From the NCBI GenBank assembly GCA_037447605.1, contig CM074809.1, forward strand, positions 1,106,689-1,170,688: 64,000 nucleotides of DNA, read 5' to 3'. The stretch comes from Zygnema circumcarinatum SAG 698-1b. Its lineage: Eukaryota > Plantae > Zygnematophyceae. The notes under the pieces were generated by a model. It was not told the DNA's origin. It was given only the letters and a program-made list of their open reading frames with translations, and ran no database searches. A program made the translations under genes and the position numbers. Of the stretch, positions 32,701 to 45,800 are shown in pieces (positions within the stretch are counted from its first letter, which is position 1; each line of letters opens with the position of its first letter).

Positions 32701-35700
32701 CTCTCCTCTGCATCCCTGCATCGTCAAGGTCTGACTGTGTACCTTGGGGAGCGCATGATTGACTCAACCGTTCAACATAAGTTAGTTAGCTGGATTCTCT
32801 GGCTAACACATACTGGTTTATGGGGGCAACTCCATTAAAACTTATGACTCGCCAAAATAGGAGGGGTGAAATCACTGTTCCTTTCTTCTCTTTTTGCGCG
32901 AGCTAAACTTGGGCTCTTTACTCAGTCCCTCAAATATGGAAGGGACTTTTAGTGCTCATGTCATGATCGATCATTCCTGGGTTCAGGTATACGACTGTGC
33001 TGAATCTGAGCTGAAGCTGAATGATGTGGTGGAGTTCGTAGGAGTGTTGTCATTCGACCCACAGCTGGCGGCTGAGCAGAATGAAGGAGAGGACGAAATG
33101 GACTTCTGCAACGCTATGTCCGCTCTGCCTGCCAGCAGGGTGCGGAGGGGGGGGCAATTTGGCAACTCTGCAAGCATTTGACCACTCTTGGTCCTCTGAT
33201 CGGCTTCAATCTACTGACTTTGGCAAACCCTTTCACTGAGCTTAAACGAATAGTGTACTTTTGTTGTCTCAGATTACCAGCCTTTGGTTACTGGCGTTAA
33301 CGCTGACGAAAGTAAATGGGCGAAATGAAATGATTCGATTCAGGTCTACATTCCAATGCAGGGGAAGAAATCTGGATTCATTGTCGGATTCCTGAAACTT
33401 GTTTCATGGTTATCCTCTCCAGGTTCCCCGCTTGCATTGCATGTGGATGCGGAAACTGTCAGTGACCAGTCCATTCTCCCTGGGGAACAGAGAAGACAAG
33501 TTTATGGTACGGTTCAGCCATCGTTCCTATTCGCCCCACCAGTGCGAAGCCTCTTGTAGAGTTCTTTGTGTTGTTGTTTGCATGCACCAAGCCCCGCCTT
33601 TCTTATTTCTGGAATTTAATTTTCACTAAACGATTTAGGTGTTCAACCCTTTCACCCAGACTGTGCGTTGCTGTTGGAGTTGGATTCTAGAATTCTGCTT
33701 ACAGAACAAGGGGTTTGTAGGGTGGGGCGGGAGCGCTGCGGGAGGGCCTTCTGGGCGCACTTGCGGACGTGCTTGGAGGAGACAACGTGGCAGCAGAGTG
33801 CCTTCTGCTGCACATGCTCTCAAGGGTGAGTTGGCAGGGGACGGTTACGGAACTACAAACTATTCTCCAGAGTGGATGCTCAGAGAAGTGTCTGTGTTTT
33901 CCCCTAAAAGACATTAAGAAAAGCTCCGTGATTGAAAACCCATTCTGAGACACCACTATTGGGAGTGACTGAAAAGGTAGCTCCGTTCTGCTGCTCGTAA
34001 GTCTCTCGAGACTGTCTCAGTTGAGAAGGGGAATGGAAGACTTCATTGCTTGTCAGGTGCATACGCGGATAGACCCTGTAGCCCTCGGCAAGCTCTCCCT
34101 CAACCTTACGGGGATAGGCGCAGTGCCGGCCATGCGGGAAGCTTTGGCTGAAGCCATTGCCCTCCTTCTGCCTCGCACACACCGCATAGAGCTTTCCTTG
34201 CAGCTGCTTAATGGCCCGCGTCTCGCGCCCGCAAAGGACTACTCCGCTAACAGGTGAGTGGATGCTGACTCTGTTCAGAGTTTGGTTTAAAATGGGACGA
34301 TAGTAATGCTAAAAAACACTAGATCACGAGGTCATCCATAATGCTGTTCAGTCCAGTGAGGATTCATTTCATTTCCAAAAAGCGGCAGGCCACTAGAGGG
34401 TCATGCTGCTGTCATGGCACCCTATGATAGTTTGAGTGGTATGATATTGAAAGCAAGGGATGTATATGCCAAAGTCATGCAACGGCTGCTCGTGCGTGCA
34501 GGCTCGCCACGGGAGTGCTGCAGTTGGCGGAGGGGACGCATCTGACGGTGGACGAGACGCGGCTGGAGATCGGGCGGCTGTCAGAGGGGGGCCTGCGCAA
34601 TATGCGCGACCTCAGGGCGCTGGTCGAGTTGCAGAAGGTGGGCCCCACCCAGCAGTCTGCATTTGCCCTGCAATGGCTCCTCCTGACTTACAGTTCACTC
34701 TACAGAGGGGGTCTGTCCTAGTTGATCAGTCGTGCTTCGTGATCCCGATTCCCACCATGATGCAGACCTACTACAAACAAACAAAGATTGTTCTTAAAGT
34801 AACAGATCGATTTGTGTTATTAGTCGAGAGTATACTGTACTATTTGTGTGAGCATCAAATGTGGTCGAAAACACCACCTGTGTAGTTGAATAAGCGACGA
34901 CTTCCACATCTGTCTCATCATTCCAGGTCTCTCTCCTCTTGGCGCAGGTCGAGTATGACTTCCAGTTTTACGCCATGGATATGCCCACGGACATCCCTGT
35001 GCTCATTCTGTCGAATTTGAAGTCGCAGCTGCTGCCGGCGGACCTCGTAGTGCCTGTTAGAGCCACAAGGGTGGCCGCACCATTGAGAGAGCGCAAGGAG
35101 GAGGAGCTGGCAGCGTGGCGCCTCTACCTCGCCCAAGCGCGGGCGCTGGACCATGCTGTAGCCCCGGCAATGCGGGAGGTGAGGCAAGAAGGCCCCCCTG
35201 CAGGCCAAAGACCGCTTATTGAGAAGCACTCCTGCTCATGCTCGGGTGCCCCTGCAGATGTTGGAGAGCGACCTCGTGACGGCGCGCCAAGAAGACCGGT
35301 CATTGGGCCCTGAGGCATTCCACAGGTGCGGCAAGTTTCCCTCCCTTCGACAATTCATGGGCTGCGCTTGCCCCTTGTGCTTGCACGATTAAGCTGAGTT
35401 GCAAAAGGCGCCCAATTTCGTTCCGGGCAGTTGGCAATCTGGTTGACTTTCTTGGGCTAACTTGGGCCAAAGAAAGCTTACATGGGAACTTTCTTGTCAA
35501 CTCAGACATATTACAGCTTGCCTTGTCTTGCATTTCGTGAGCACGGCAGAATACGAATGTGATGGGTCGGCTCTGCTGCAATTTTTTCAATCACTTCGTT
35601 GATTAGCCGCACTATGTTGCAGGTGGTTGACAGCGGCACGCCTGCTGACCGCCAGCCACTGCGAAGTGCAGCTTTCGCCCGCGCGGTGGGGCGCTGCGCG

Positions 35701-35734
35701 CTCCCTCCTCGGCGCTTGCACCGCGCGCCTCTGA
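29731..35734 (+). CDS. MCMBP: Mini-chromosome maintenance complex-binding protein (ETG1-like)
   Basis: Exons 29731-29892, 30167-30235, 30802-30846, 31090-31197, 31570-31707, 32169-32225, 32627-32728, 32987-33139, 33423-33506, 33721-33825, 34057-34253, 34502-34637, 34948-35178, 35258-35325, 35623-35734. Motifs DCVANPLGA, LVRFRGMVQDM, WDRRPLYCVPVPGE, VPRLHC, AAECLLLHMLSRV, LAPAKDYSANRLATGVLQL, VEYDFQFY. Confidence 0.9.
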
Positions 35735-36189
35735 GGGCTTTCAGGGTTTTTAGATCCGCCTCACCAGCTTGGTGCAAGTCAATGGCAACTCAGTTCAAAG
35801 AGATGAGACGTTCCGATGAATCACAGAAGGAACTGAACTCGCAGGCACCGTGTCCTCTGCCTCCTCAGCTCCCCTTTCACACCCTCTCTGACCTCCTACA
35901 TGCACAGACGCATGGGACACTTCACATGCGCATGCACATTCATGTATTTCAAAAACATACCCATGGCCATACATAACGCTCAACAATTTATACATTCAAA
36001 AATTCTGGAATCCGCACATTCAGAAGAGCAACCGATTCCTTCCCAACTCCTGAACATAGCTTGCTACAAATGCAACACCTCCAATCCAACACTCCAACAC
36101 TCTCCAACATCTTCCAACCCCCCAAAAATTTACCTTCTCTAATGGCATTCCATTGCCAAACATATCCTGCCCTCCTGACACACTTTCTG

Positions 36190-39109
36190 TCACTCCTCCG
36201 ATGCCTCTGCCTCCTGATTGGCTCGCCTCAAAAACTCATCAATAGCACTGCCGGGTGTCGCATCCACCAGGTCCAGTGGGACTCCCCCCACCGTCCTCAT
36301 GCCCAGTTGGATCCCTGCTTGAGTTTCCACTATACGAAAATCGATTTTTTCGCACCCCAAAACTTTCTCATCCCTTTCTGCCATATTCAAATTGCCCAAA
36401 TTATTCACGACGTCTCCCCCGAAACCCTCGCCCCCTTCGCTGGTTGAAACCCTAATAATTTCCTCTCCTACGACATGTCTCTCCCCTTCCCTGCAACATG
36501 GCCCTGCAGAAGCAGCTTCCAGGAAGCATCCACTACCTTCACATTTGTCGATTCGACCATTCTTACTAGTCGAATGGTTCAAATGATTTATAGATGCAAT
36601 ACTCTCCTCATCCTCTCCCACGACGCTCTCTCCCTCACTCCCTCCTCGCTGTTGGAGCTCCTCCCAAGAAAACAGAAGTGGAAGAGTAGATCCTCCCCAC
36701 GGGTTGAAATCGATGAGCTTTACTCTCTTTTTCTTCGTCACATACACATCAAAGGTGTCTGCCTCAAAAAGCAAAGCAACGACTCAAAAACTTTAAATAT
36801 CAGAGAAACAAAAGCCTCTCACATCTGAACAGCAACTACAACAACAGGCAAAGCGACAAACTCCCAGCATGAAAGCGCGAAAGAATGGAAAGCTCAATGG
36901 AAAGACAGAGAACGCGAGAGAGAGAGAAAGAGCGAGAGAAAAACAGAGAATTCTGCAAATGCACGGGAATGGACCCATACAGTTGACTCCGCTGAAATGA
37001 TTTTTTATGTGACTTTGGAAAAAATCCCATATCGCTTCCCGAAGCAGCTCCCTCTCGTCCAGCAGCACTTCGTAGTGAGCCGTCACTTCCCTCTGGCTGA
37101 TGCCTGCGGACCCTCCTCCCCCGCAACCAATCAGGATCCGCAAGCTCATACGCACCTCCCTCCAGCAGCCAATCACAATTTAGCATTCGCAGAGCACGCA
37201 CCAATCAGCTGCCTTCGAAGCACAAAGCATCGGAACTCCATTTCAGGCTTCAAGTCGTAATATCTCCTCAGTCCCAACACAAACTGAGGCGGCCTTGACA
37301 TAGTAGCGTTGGGGCAGTTATCGAAACTGCAACGGTCAAAGACATGTATGTCAGTCCAATTTCCGTTCAGATTTACAAACGACGACAAGAATTCTGAATA
37401 GACTATCACTGAGGGAGAACCCTAAATGTGGCCGGAGTGAGAAAGTATAGACAGAGAGAGAGAGAGAAAGTGAGAGGGTGAACAAGACAGAGAGAGAAAG
37501 GGGCTGAAAGTAAAGAGTTGAAACAACTTACGCGTGACAGAGATCATGAACAATTGTGTCGGAGCTCTTCAGCAGCAACATGATTTCATCCGGATTGCGA
37601 CACTTGGCATTCCCATAGGGGCTCAGCCACCCCACATCCTACAGGACATCGTTCAAAGCATGAAGGAAATAAGAACTCAGACCCTACACACACTCGCCTC
37701 TCGCCAGCCATTCCTGCGCCAATATATAAACAATTCAGGCTTGATTCGCGGTAGCGCCAATCCAAAGTACAAACTTTGCAAGCACGACCTCAAAATACAT
37801 AATTCTTCGATTTGGTTCCTTTGCTTCGATTCCAAAGCCCTTCGGCAACAAAATGACAATGTCGTCCTTTCATAGTGTCTGTTTTCCAGTTTCGCGATTT
37901 GAGGGGTAGCTGGTTCCATCCACGAGGCGAGAGGTTCGGACCTGCCTTGGGAGAGCTCCAGTTCAGCTTCGGCACCACCTCCCCTCCGAGTCGCTCTATG
38001 GCTGCGCGCATGGCTGCTTCAAGTTCAGGGAACGACGCCACCTGGCACCCTAAACCCCCTCAAAACCCTAAAAACACAAAACCTAATAACCCTAAGTGCA
38101 TTCTGCAAGGCCCCCCGGAGCCCCTTCAGAAGCCGATGAAACGAGTCCCACAAAAAAAACCTAACAGCCTGAAACCAGCCTGCCCAAACTCGGAAGGAAT
38201 CCAAAACTTAGACAGATTAAGTCTCAGAGCTTCAGTGTCAAAACGCTATTACTAATTACTAAATTTCCCTTAGAGCTCTATAAAACCCTGTTTCTGCTGA
38301 GCATTCAAGTGCGTTAATATCTCTCTCAAACCCTATAAAGCCAGAACTGAACCCTGCTGATACTTGAAAGTCACACTCATATAAATGACTTTGACAAAAG
38401 AATGAGGGCATTTGTAAAGGAGTGCCGGGAGGAGGGTGAAAGGAGGCTGCAGGCACCTCTGGCGCTTCGTTCACATCTTCGCTTTCGTCCCACTCCGCGT
38501 AGGCCTCCGAGTGGGCCTCCCATTCGCCGCCCTGCGTTCGGCGAGGGACCTGCGGAAGAAAAAGTAAACGAAAGTGCAGTCGAATTTTAGAACAAATAAA
38601 AGGGAGAAAAAGATGATGCCCAATACTCAAAAAATAACGAAAGAGAGCACGCACTGCAACACACTCCTTTGCATCCTCACTCTCTCCTCAGGCTCAGGAA
38701 AAGGGCAATGGAGGGGAGGAGCGCCACTGGAGTGAAAAACAGAAGGCTGAGGGTAAATAAAACTTAACCACAGTTCATTAACTTCTAAGGGACAAAGGAT
38801 GAATTCAAAATATCAGTCACGCGGTACTTTAGGGAGAACCGAGTCCTGAACATAGAGAGCTGCGCGGAGTAGAGAGCAAGATTTTAGGGTTCATGGTTTA
38901 GGGTTCAGATATTAGAGTTCAAGGACTTGGCCCACCGCGTCGCTGTCAGGCGGCAGAAAGACGCCGTCCTCGAGCAGGAAGGCCACGAACGGCTCCGGGA
39001 GAGCCACGAACTCGCAGGGCAGCGCCACGTGGCGGAACGCCGGGTACCACACGTGGAACTGGCACTGCAGCACCTCCTCCTCCGTCGGAGCCATGGCGCC
39101 CTCCTCCAT
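36190..39109 (-). CDS. CDC123: Cell division cycle protein 123 (ATP-grasp, eIF2 assembly factor)
   Basis: Exons 38936-39109, 38457-38549, 37946-38041 (GC donor follows), 37532-37638, 37202-37326, 36981-37103, 36190-36758. Motifs CQFHVWYP, PKLNWSSPKD, LLLKSSD, EMEFRCFV, ISQRE, YTFDVY, LIDFNPWG, LLFSWEEL. Confidence 0.92.
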
Positions 39110-40591
39110 GGCGCTCGCTCTCTCTCCCTCTCGCTCTCTCTCTCTCTCTCTCTGCCGTTCTCCCCTCAAGTCGCTCCCCCCTCTGTGGTCTCCGTCGCAC
39201 TCGCGAGTTAGGGTTCCACATTTCCATGCATTCCGTTACAACCGCGACGGGAACTGGGGCAGTTGTTTGCCACGGGTCACATGTGCTGCCTTTGTGCCGA
39301 GGGGCCTGGAGAGGGCGCGAGTGGAGGGAGGCTCTTGGAGTCTGCGAGGACTTAAGAACGAGATGCGACATTGGCATTGGGCTCCGAGTGTGCGAACCAT
39401 GCGTGCGTTCTATGCACATGGCCCAAATTCCGTGCCAAGTGGTTGCAAAACTGGCGCTATTTGAGCTTCAGAATGGCCCTAGTTGCACTGTTTTCTGAGG
39501 ATGCATCTCGTTGCAACCCCTACACGAGTGTTATTTTCATAGTCTTGAACTTTCCGCATTCGGCCTCTCGTCCAAAAAGCGATGCATGGGCGGTGCGATG
39601 TGGTGACTTGACAGTGGTTTGGACGTGTTTAACATGCTGTAAATCTCTCACAGCTGACAAAGTTCACTGTCAATACTTGACACAGTCATCGTGGCAGGCC
39701 AGAGAATCGTCAGCAGGATGATGCATGCAAATGATGATGGTGACCATTCCATCACATCTTCAGTTTCAAGAGCCATAGAATTCGAAGTATGAATCGGTTC
39801 CAGAAAATGAAAAAAATATAACCTTCCGGGCCAAATTGGAGGGGATACTCATCTGACAATTGTTACAGTGGTGGAGTATTGTTAGCTGTGCAGCAGAAGG
39901 AAAAACGAAGGGCAATGTCACGATTTAAGGGTACAACACGAGGGAAAGCGGGAGGGGGAAGGGAGTGGACGAGGGAGAGGGGGAGAAGAGGGTACTGGAG
40001 CACCTAAACCGAATCAAAGCTCCCAGCCAGCTGAAATAAGTACTGCCATCACAAGGCCTCAATTTCAGAATTGGTGAGCATCAAGAAAACACGCTGCGCT
40101 TCAAAAGGCTCAAATCCAAACAGAAGTGATGCTCTGTCAACATGGGCATAAGCGATGTGTCCTATTAGCCTGGAGTCCAAGACAGCAATTAAAAATAACT
40201 GCACTGGACTTCTGAGCGCCTCCAGAAACCCACCACAGACACTGTCCACTTAACCTATTCTCAACTCCTGCTTCAGGTTCGATCAGACACACTGAAAAAT
40301 GGTCAACGACTCACAAGTTGAGACATGATTGCCTATGTGTGAGAGCAGTGACTCGCCAGGTCGTGTGATCGGAAGAAGGTCATATCCTAAGCACGCCGGG
40401 TGAGGTCAAAATGATGCATTCGTACAATGACTTCTGCGGCAGGCTTCAAGGTAGAAGACTACTGCAGTGCGTCCTGGGTAGCTGCTTGGCTGCGAGAGTA
40501 ATCTAGTGAATCCCTGACTTCATCCCTGTAGCCAGGTGAGCATCTTCGCCATCTGGTTTCATGAACAGAGGCTGCTTCAACGGAGACTGAA

Positions 40592-41635
40592 TTAAACCTT
40601 GTATCCAGTCATAGTAAAGCCTCGTCCAACGATCTCCCCAACACAGAACCAAGCGTACAGCTCTGCTGCGAACAATGCTCCTATTCCAATTTCTGAAAGG
40701 GGAAGTTCAGCACGGTTCGCCCACTTGGACTTCAACACGTCCACCTCCTTCAAAGCTGATTCATACCTCTTAGGAATGCTGCAACCACACAGCAAACATT
40801 AAACCTGAACTACAACCCGGAAGCCACGGGCCACTAATACTACAAGCCATAAAACCACAATAAACTCCTAAAATAAAGCATTTTACATTAGCGAAATTTA
40901 CAGCAAGGAAAATCATAACTTTTCCGTATTCAGCTTTCCATGGCTTCCACTTCTGAGCGCGAGATCATTTTTCACGGAGTGAAAGAATATGAAGCGAGAC
41001 TTGTAAGAAATGCAGCTGGTTTTCCCAAGTGAGCAACCCAGGGAGAGACGTGACGATGCAAATGGGATGCGAAACCAAGTGATCCGAAGAACGGAGTGAT
41101 GTATGATCTGAAGCTGATAGCAGCAACAACCTCAAGTTTACTCCAGGGGAAGGCATTTCAAGTACAGGACGAACAGCTAGGAAACACGAGCTAAAGGGCG
41201 TGGATTGCATACCTAGCTAAGGAGGTGAACACGAACTGCTTTCCAAGCTCGCTAGCTTTTTCAGGGGACGCATCACCAACAATGTACTGACTGTTTCGCT
41301 CAAGCATCTAACACCGCGATGGCAAAAAACATAAAGTCAGCTCCCACGAGAAACCAGAATGGAGCAGAAATGAGATCACCTCCGAAAGAGCATCACTGTC
41401 CTGACACTCTGCACTACTTGGACTCCACTGCACTTCTCACTTTACACAGATCTTGCGCTCAAAGGCTTTCCAATTTCCACAAAAGCCCAAGAAACAAAAA
41501 GAAAACTAAATGCACAACTTCACTGTTAGTCTGTTGACACTAACGTACCTGCTGATAGGCTTTGCTTCCATGAGTGGCGAGCAGCTTACTGTATGTGCTT
41601 GCCTGGCTCTGCAGCTGCTTCAAGCTAGACGCCAT
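40592..41635 (-). CDS. ATP5L: Mitochondrial ATP synthase subunit g
   Basis: Exons 41549-41635, 41213-41307, 40592-40778. Product runs from MASSLKQLQSQA to LASIPKRYE and ends with ELYAWFCVGEIVGRGFTMTGYKV, containing the family GEIVGRG motif. Confidence 0.92.
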
Positions 41636-42885
41636 GACTGCTATTTCCAAAACAATATGTTATAGCTTAAAGCCGAAGACCTCAGGCCTAAGATTAGGGC
41701 AAAGCTCTCCCTCTCTTCTTCCAGAGCCTCCTCAGAACTGGGAGCGGAGCCGGCGAGGGAATTCTTGGAGAGGCGTTCCGTGGATGCACGCGCGTAACTG
41801 TTGGGCGGATTTTCATAACTGGAAGCATGGAATCGGCGGTGATGCAGGGGAGCAGTGATGTCACGCGGTTACAATATGTGCGCTGTGCAGCTTCTATGAA
41901 GTGTTGTGTGTTCCTCTGTTCTGTCGTATGTATGCGATGCAAAAGGTGAGGGGAAAAGGGCGTTGATCTCACGACGATGGCGAGGCCATCACATGTACAT
42001 GGACAAAAGCAGCATGGGGAACCACGAGGGACTGGTCGCAAAGGACCTAAGCACAAAAGAAAGAAGCTAAGAGCGGAAGGCTGTTATGTAGGCTGTTACT
42101 GCTGCGGTATGTCATTGAGAGGGAAGGAAGGGAGGGAGCATGCAAAGGATGTGGCATTGATCTAAGGGAGGGAGGGAGGGAGCATGCAAAGGATGTGGCA
42201 TTGATACGAGGGAGGGAGGGAGGGAGGGAGACATTGGGAAAGCACACTTCAAGGTGGGCTGGACATGGCACCGGTTTGAAACCGGACTTGAAGTTTGAAG
42301 CAAGAAAAGGACAATTCAGAAAGACGAGAGGAGGCGGATCATGAGCACAAGGAAGCAAAAGCAACTGAAATTAAGCTACTTGTAGACATTCTTTTATTGA
42401 AGAACCACTCAATCCATAAAGTGACCTGCAAGCTCGAAAGTAACGGATAAAAGCTGATTTATTTTTAACGAAGAAAATGTAGACAAGAAATACAACCGCC
42501 AGGGTTGAATCTTTCGATGGTCTAACTAAGCGGATAGCCTCAGGTCTGAGGGCCACTTGAAAGAGATTCCTCGAGTTCCCCATAACGATCTGTCTGCACT
42601 CCCACGAATCTGTGGCTTCTAGCGAGCATGCATGGCAAAAATAAGGCTGGAATGTCCTGCCCTTAAGGGAACTCCCCGGAGTGAAGGTCAGGAATTACAG
42701 GGGATATATGGGAAAATAGGGTTTCCTTCATCATCTCCTGAAAGTAAGGCATATTTGTGAGGCTCGTACTCGACGTTTTTGAACTGTAATCCGCCACCTA
42801 AGTGCCGTCTATTGTCCGCACTGTTCCTCCTTCACGAGCCACCACTGTTCAGTGTATTGCTGCCACTCTTGATTGGCAGCGCCTT

Positions 42886-45800
42886 CTAGAAGCTTGTTCT
42901 GAAAAAGGCTTCGATTTCTTCAAGGCTCCGACCCCGAGTTTCGGGAACAAGAAATAACACAAACACGACAGCAATAACACTTTCGGCTGCATACAGCCAG
43001 AATGCTCCTGCAAACATATGGGATTGAAAACACACGGGAATGAATAATCGAATAGGCTTAGCCGAATGGTTGAAAGCAAAGCAAGCGCAAAAGGACGAAC
43101 TAGTACTGAGCTTATGTGAATGCAATGAGTATCTTGGCTGCTGTTCATACATCACTTGATACTTTGCCGAAGTGTACTCGCAATACACAAGCACATCTTC
43201 CTCAGGGATACTATAGGGCAATTTGTTTCAAGAAATGCCTCGTGAATCAAAGTTTGCAGCATGGATTGGTGGGCAAATAATGATGGTTTCTAGGAAGGTA
43301 AAGGTATTGAATCCGAAATATGAAATTTGCCGAGTTGCAGGTGCCCGGGGCCAAATCTGAAGCCTCTTGCAAAAACAAACTCAGAATCCCTACTTCAGGT
43401 CAAGGTGTGTTGACGCATGCACATTTCAATTTTCTGGTGGCAAGGCCTCTCTGCACGTACCAACAGAGCTCCAACTGACGAGGTAATAAAAAGTGAGAGT
43501 CACAACGAAGCTTGACAACCAGTTGGTAAGGACTGCAATACTGCCCGCCAAGCCTCTTGCATATGTTGGGAAGATCTGCAGTAACACATATAGAACCAAA
43601 CGAGTCAATCCCAATACATAGCTCTTTAAATGTCATAAGCTGTATATAGAAGGTTCTTAAATATAATGCACAAGAAGAAAGCCATGGTTACCTTCAACAC
43701 CTTCCCAATACTGAAACCAACAGGCCATGAGTCAGGTGTTCAATTTTCAGATTAAGCGCACTCACCTCAGACATGATAATCCAGGGAATTGGACCCATGC
43801 CGGTGGCGAAGGCAATTATGTACAACATCAGGCTGGCAAGAGCAAGAAAACCAGAAATCGACTTGAACGGGCTATCGTCCGGTAAATCCTGCACCTCCAT
43901 AACCACTTACACCTTTGCATCAACTCTCGTTCAAGCTCTCAATTGAACGTTCTGCAGAAATGTGGACTTTCCGTGCATCTATCCATTGTTTTGGTAAGGG
44001 TTGACAGAACGAGCTTCTCGTCCATAATATAGCCATAATAACCTAATAATTGTCTGGGCAGAGGTGGCACCTTCAGAAGGAAGGAGAGGCCGAGAGTGAA
44101 AGCTGCGGTTGCAAGACCTGACGCAGAGAGGATGAGAAGAAGTCGCCGACCTGCTTTGTCCATCAGTCCTGCTGCGACGGCTGACATCACGACCTGCATT
44201 ATAAGTACAACGTCAATAAGGGACCCCACCCTTGCTCGGACTATACAATCGATGAGCTTTCTTCAAGCAAGTAATGTATATTCCCTGTGGGGTGAGACTT
44301 CACATCCCCCACAGTAGATACACGAGGATTATAATGATCAAAACAGTAAAGCTGCACCTGGCATCAAGTTGCCGAACATAATTTGCCCTTTAAGCCATCC
44401 CCGCCCAAAGTTTGTTACTTCAGTTGAGTAATAAAGTACAAATTAGCTGAGACAGCTGTCGAAAAGAGACTCTTATATGGTCCGTCTATGGCAGCAGCGC
44501 AAAAAATGAAGGCATACCTGCACTGCTTGAAGAAAGAATCCCGGTAAATTTGGGTTTTCGAAACCGGCAGCCGCAAATATTGAGCCGGCATAAAACATGA
44601 CTGAATTTACTCCACTGAATTGCTGCAGGACCATTAGCCCCACACCAACCTGTTCCTCCCTCCCCCTTCCCACTGAGTCTCCTTGCCTCCTATGTGCCCG
44701 CAATGAGCCAGAAATTACCGACACGACGGCAGGGCAAATTGAGAATCGAAAAAAACTTAACCGTCCTTCATCGGCATTAAATCTCCAGAGACATTCTTGA
44801 CCCCCAAAACTCTGGAGTTAGCACCCATCTTAGCCCAAAAAAGCTTCAAAACACAACTCCCAGACTAAAGTTTCGCCTATTCCTGAAACTCAAGTTACAT
44901 TTAGTCCACCTCAAGAAAAGCTACAGATAGCAAAACACACCAAGAGTGGCATTCGCAGACTCCTTCCTGCAAGGTCCTTCAAGGTGGCCTGCGGCTGGGA
45001 GTCAGCTTCCTCCACAGCCGCTTGAATTTTTCGCATTTCAGGAGCGATATTTGCATTGCGCCCCCGAAGCTTGTGCAATACAACGGCAAGTTCGGCCGAA
45101 GTCGAGTGTTTGGCGACCCAACGAGGAGTTTCCGGAATGATTGTCAGACTAATCAAGAGAAGAACAGGAGGAACGATGCCTGGAAGTCGAAGACACTTAG
45201 AAGCAAATCAGATTTGCGGCAAGAGGGGCCATGATTCGTGGATTGAAGGGGGCATTGGTATTCACTTCATCGTTGCTTCACTTCAATGTGACAGGCCAAA
45301 AAGATGCTGTGCTCTGTCGGAATCAACCTTGAGGCAAACATGACATTCAGGAAGCTATTGCAACCCCAATGGCTCATTTGAAGACTTACCGGTGATGGCG
45401 AGAGAGCGCCATCCCAATACTAAGCCCAATGTGTAGACGAGAAGGATTCCAATTGTGATAGCGAGCTGGTTGAGGGCTCCCAGGCTGCCACGTAGCTCCA
45501 CGGGTGCGATCTCAGCAATGTACACTGGCACCTGCGTCAAAAAAAAAAAAAAAAAAACGAGAGTTTGTTGTCCATTGACAGTTGATCAACAATGCGTTAA
45601 TGACAGTCGGTTGATGCTTGCAAACATAGGAGTCGTCGGAATGCAGATGCCTTACAGCAAATGAAACCATGCCGGTGCCGAAACCACATAGAAACCGACC
45701 CGCGGACAGCAGCACAATTTCCTGCAACATCAAGTAATAAGCAACGAGATCATGTTCATTCGCTGCGGATACTGTAATGCACGAGACTCTCAGCAAGATG

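Noticed and set aside
42125-42210. Two ~32-bp direct repeats (GGGAGGGAGCATGCAAAGGATGTGGCATTGAT)
   Set aside because: A simple local duplication with no TIR/TSD or coding evidence.
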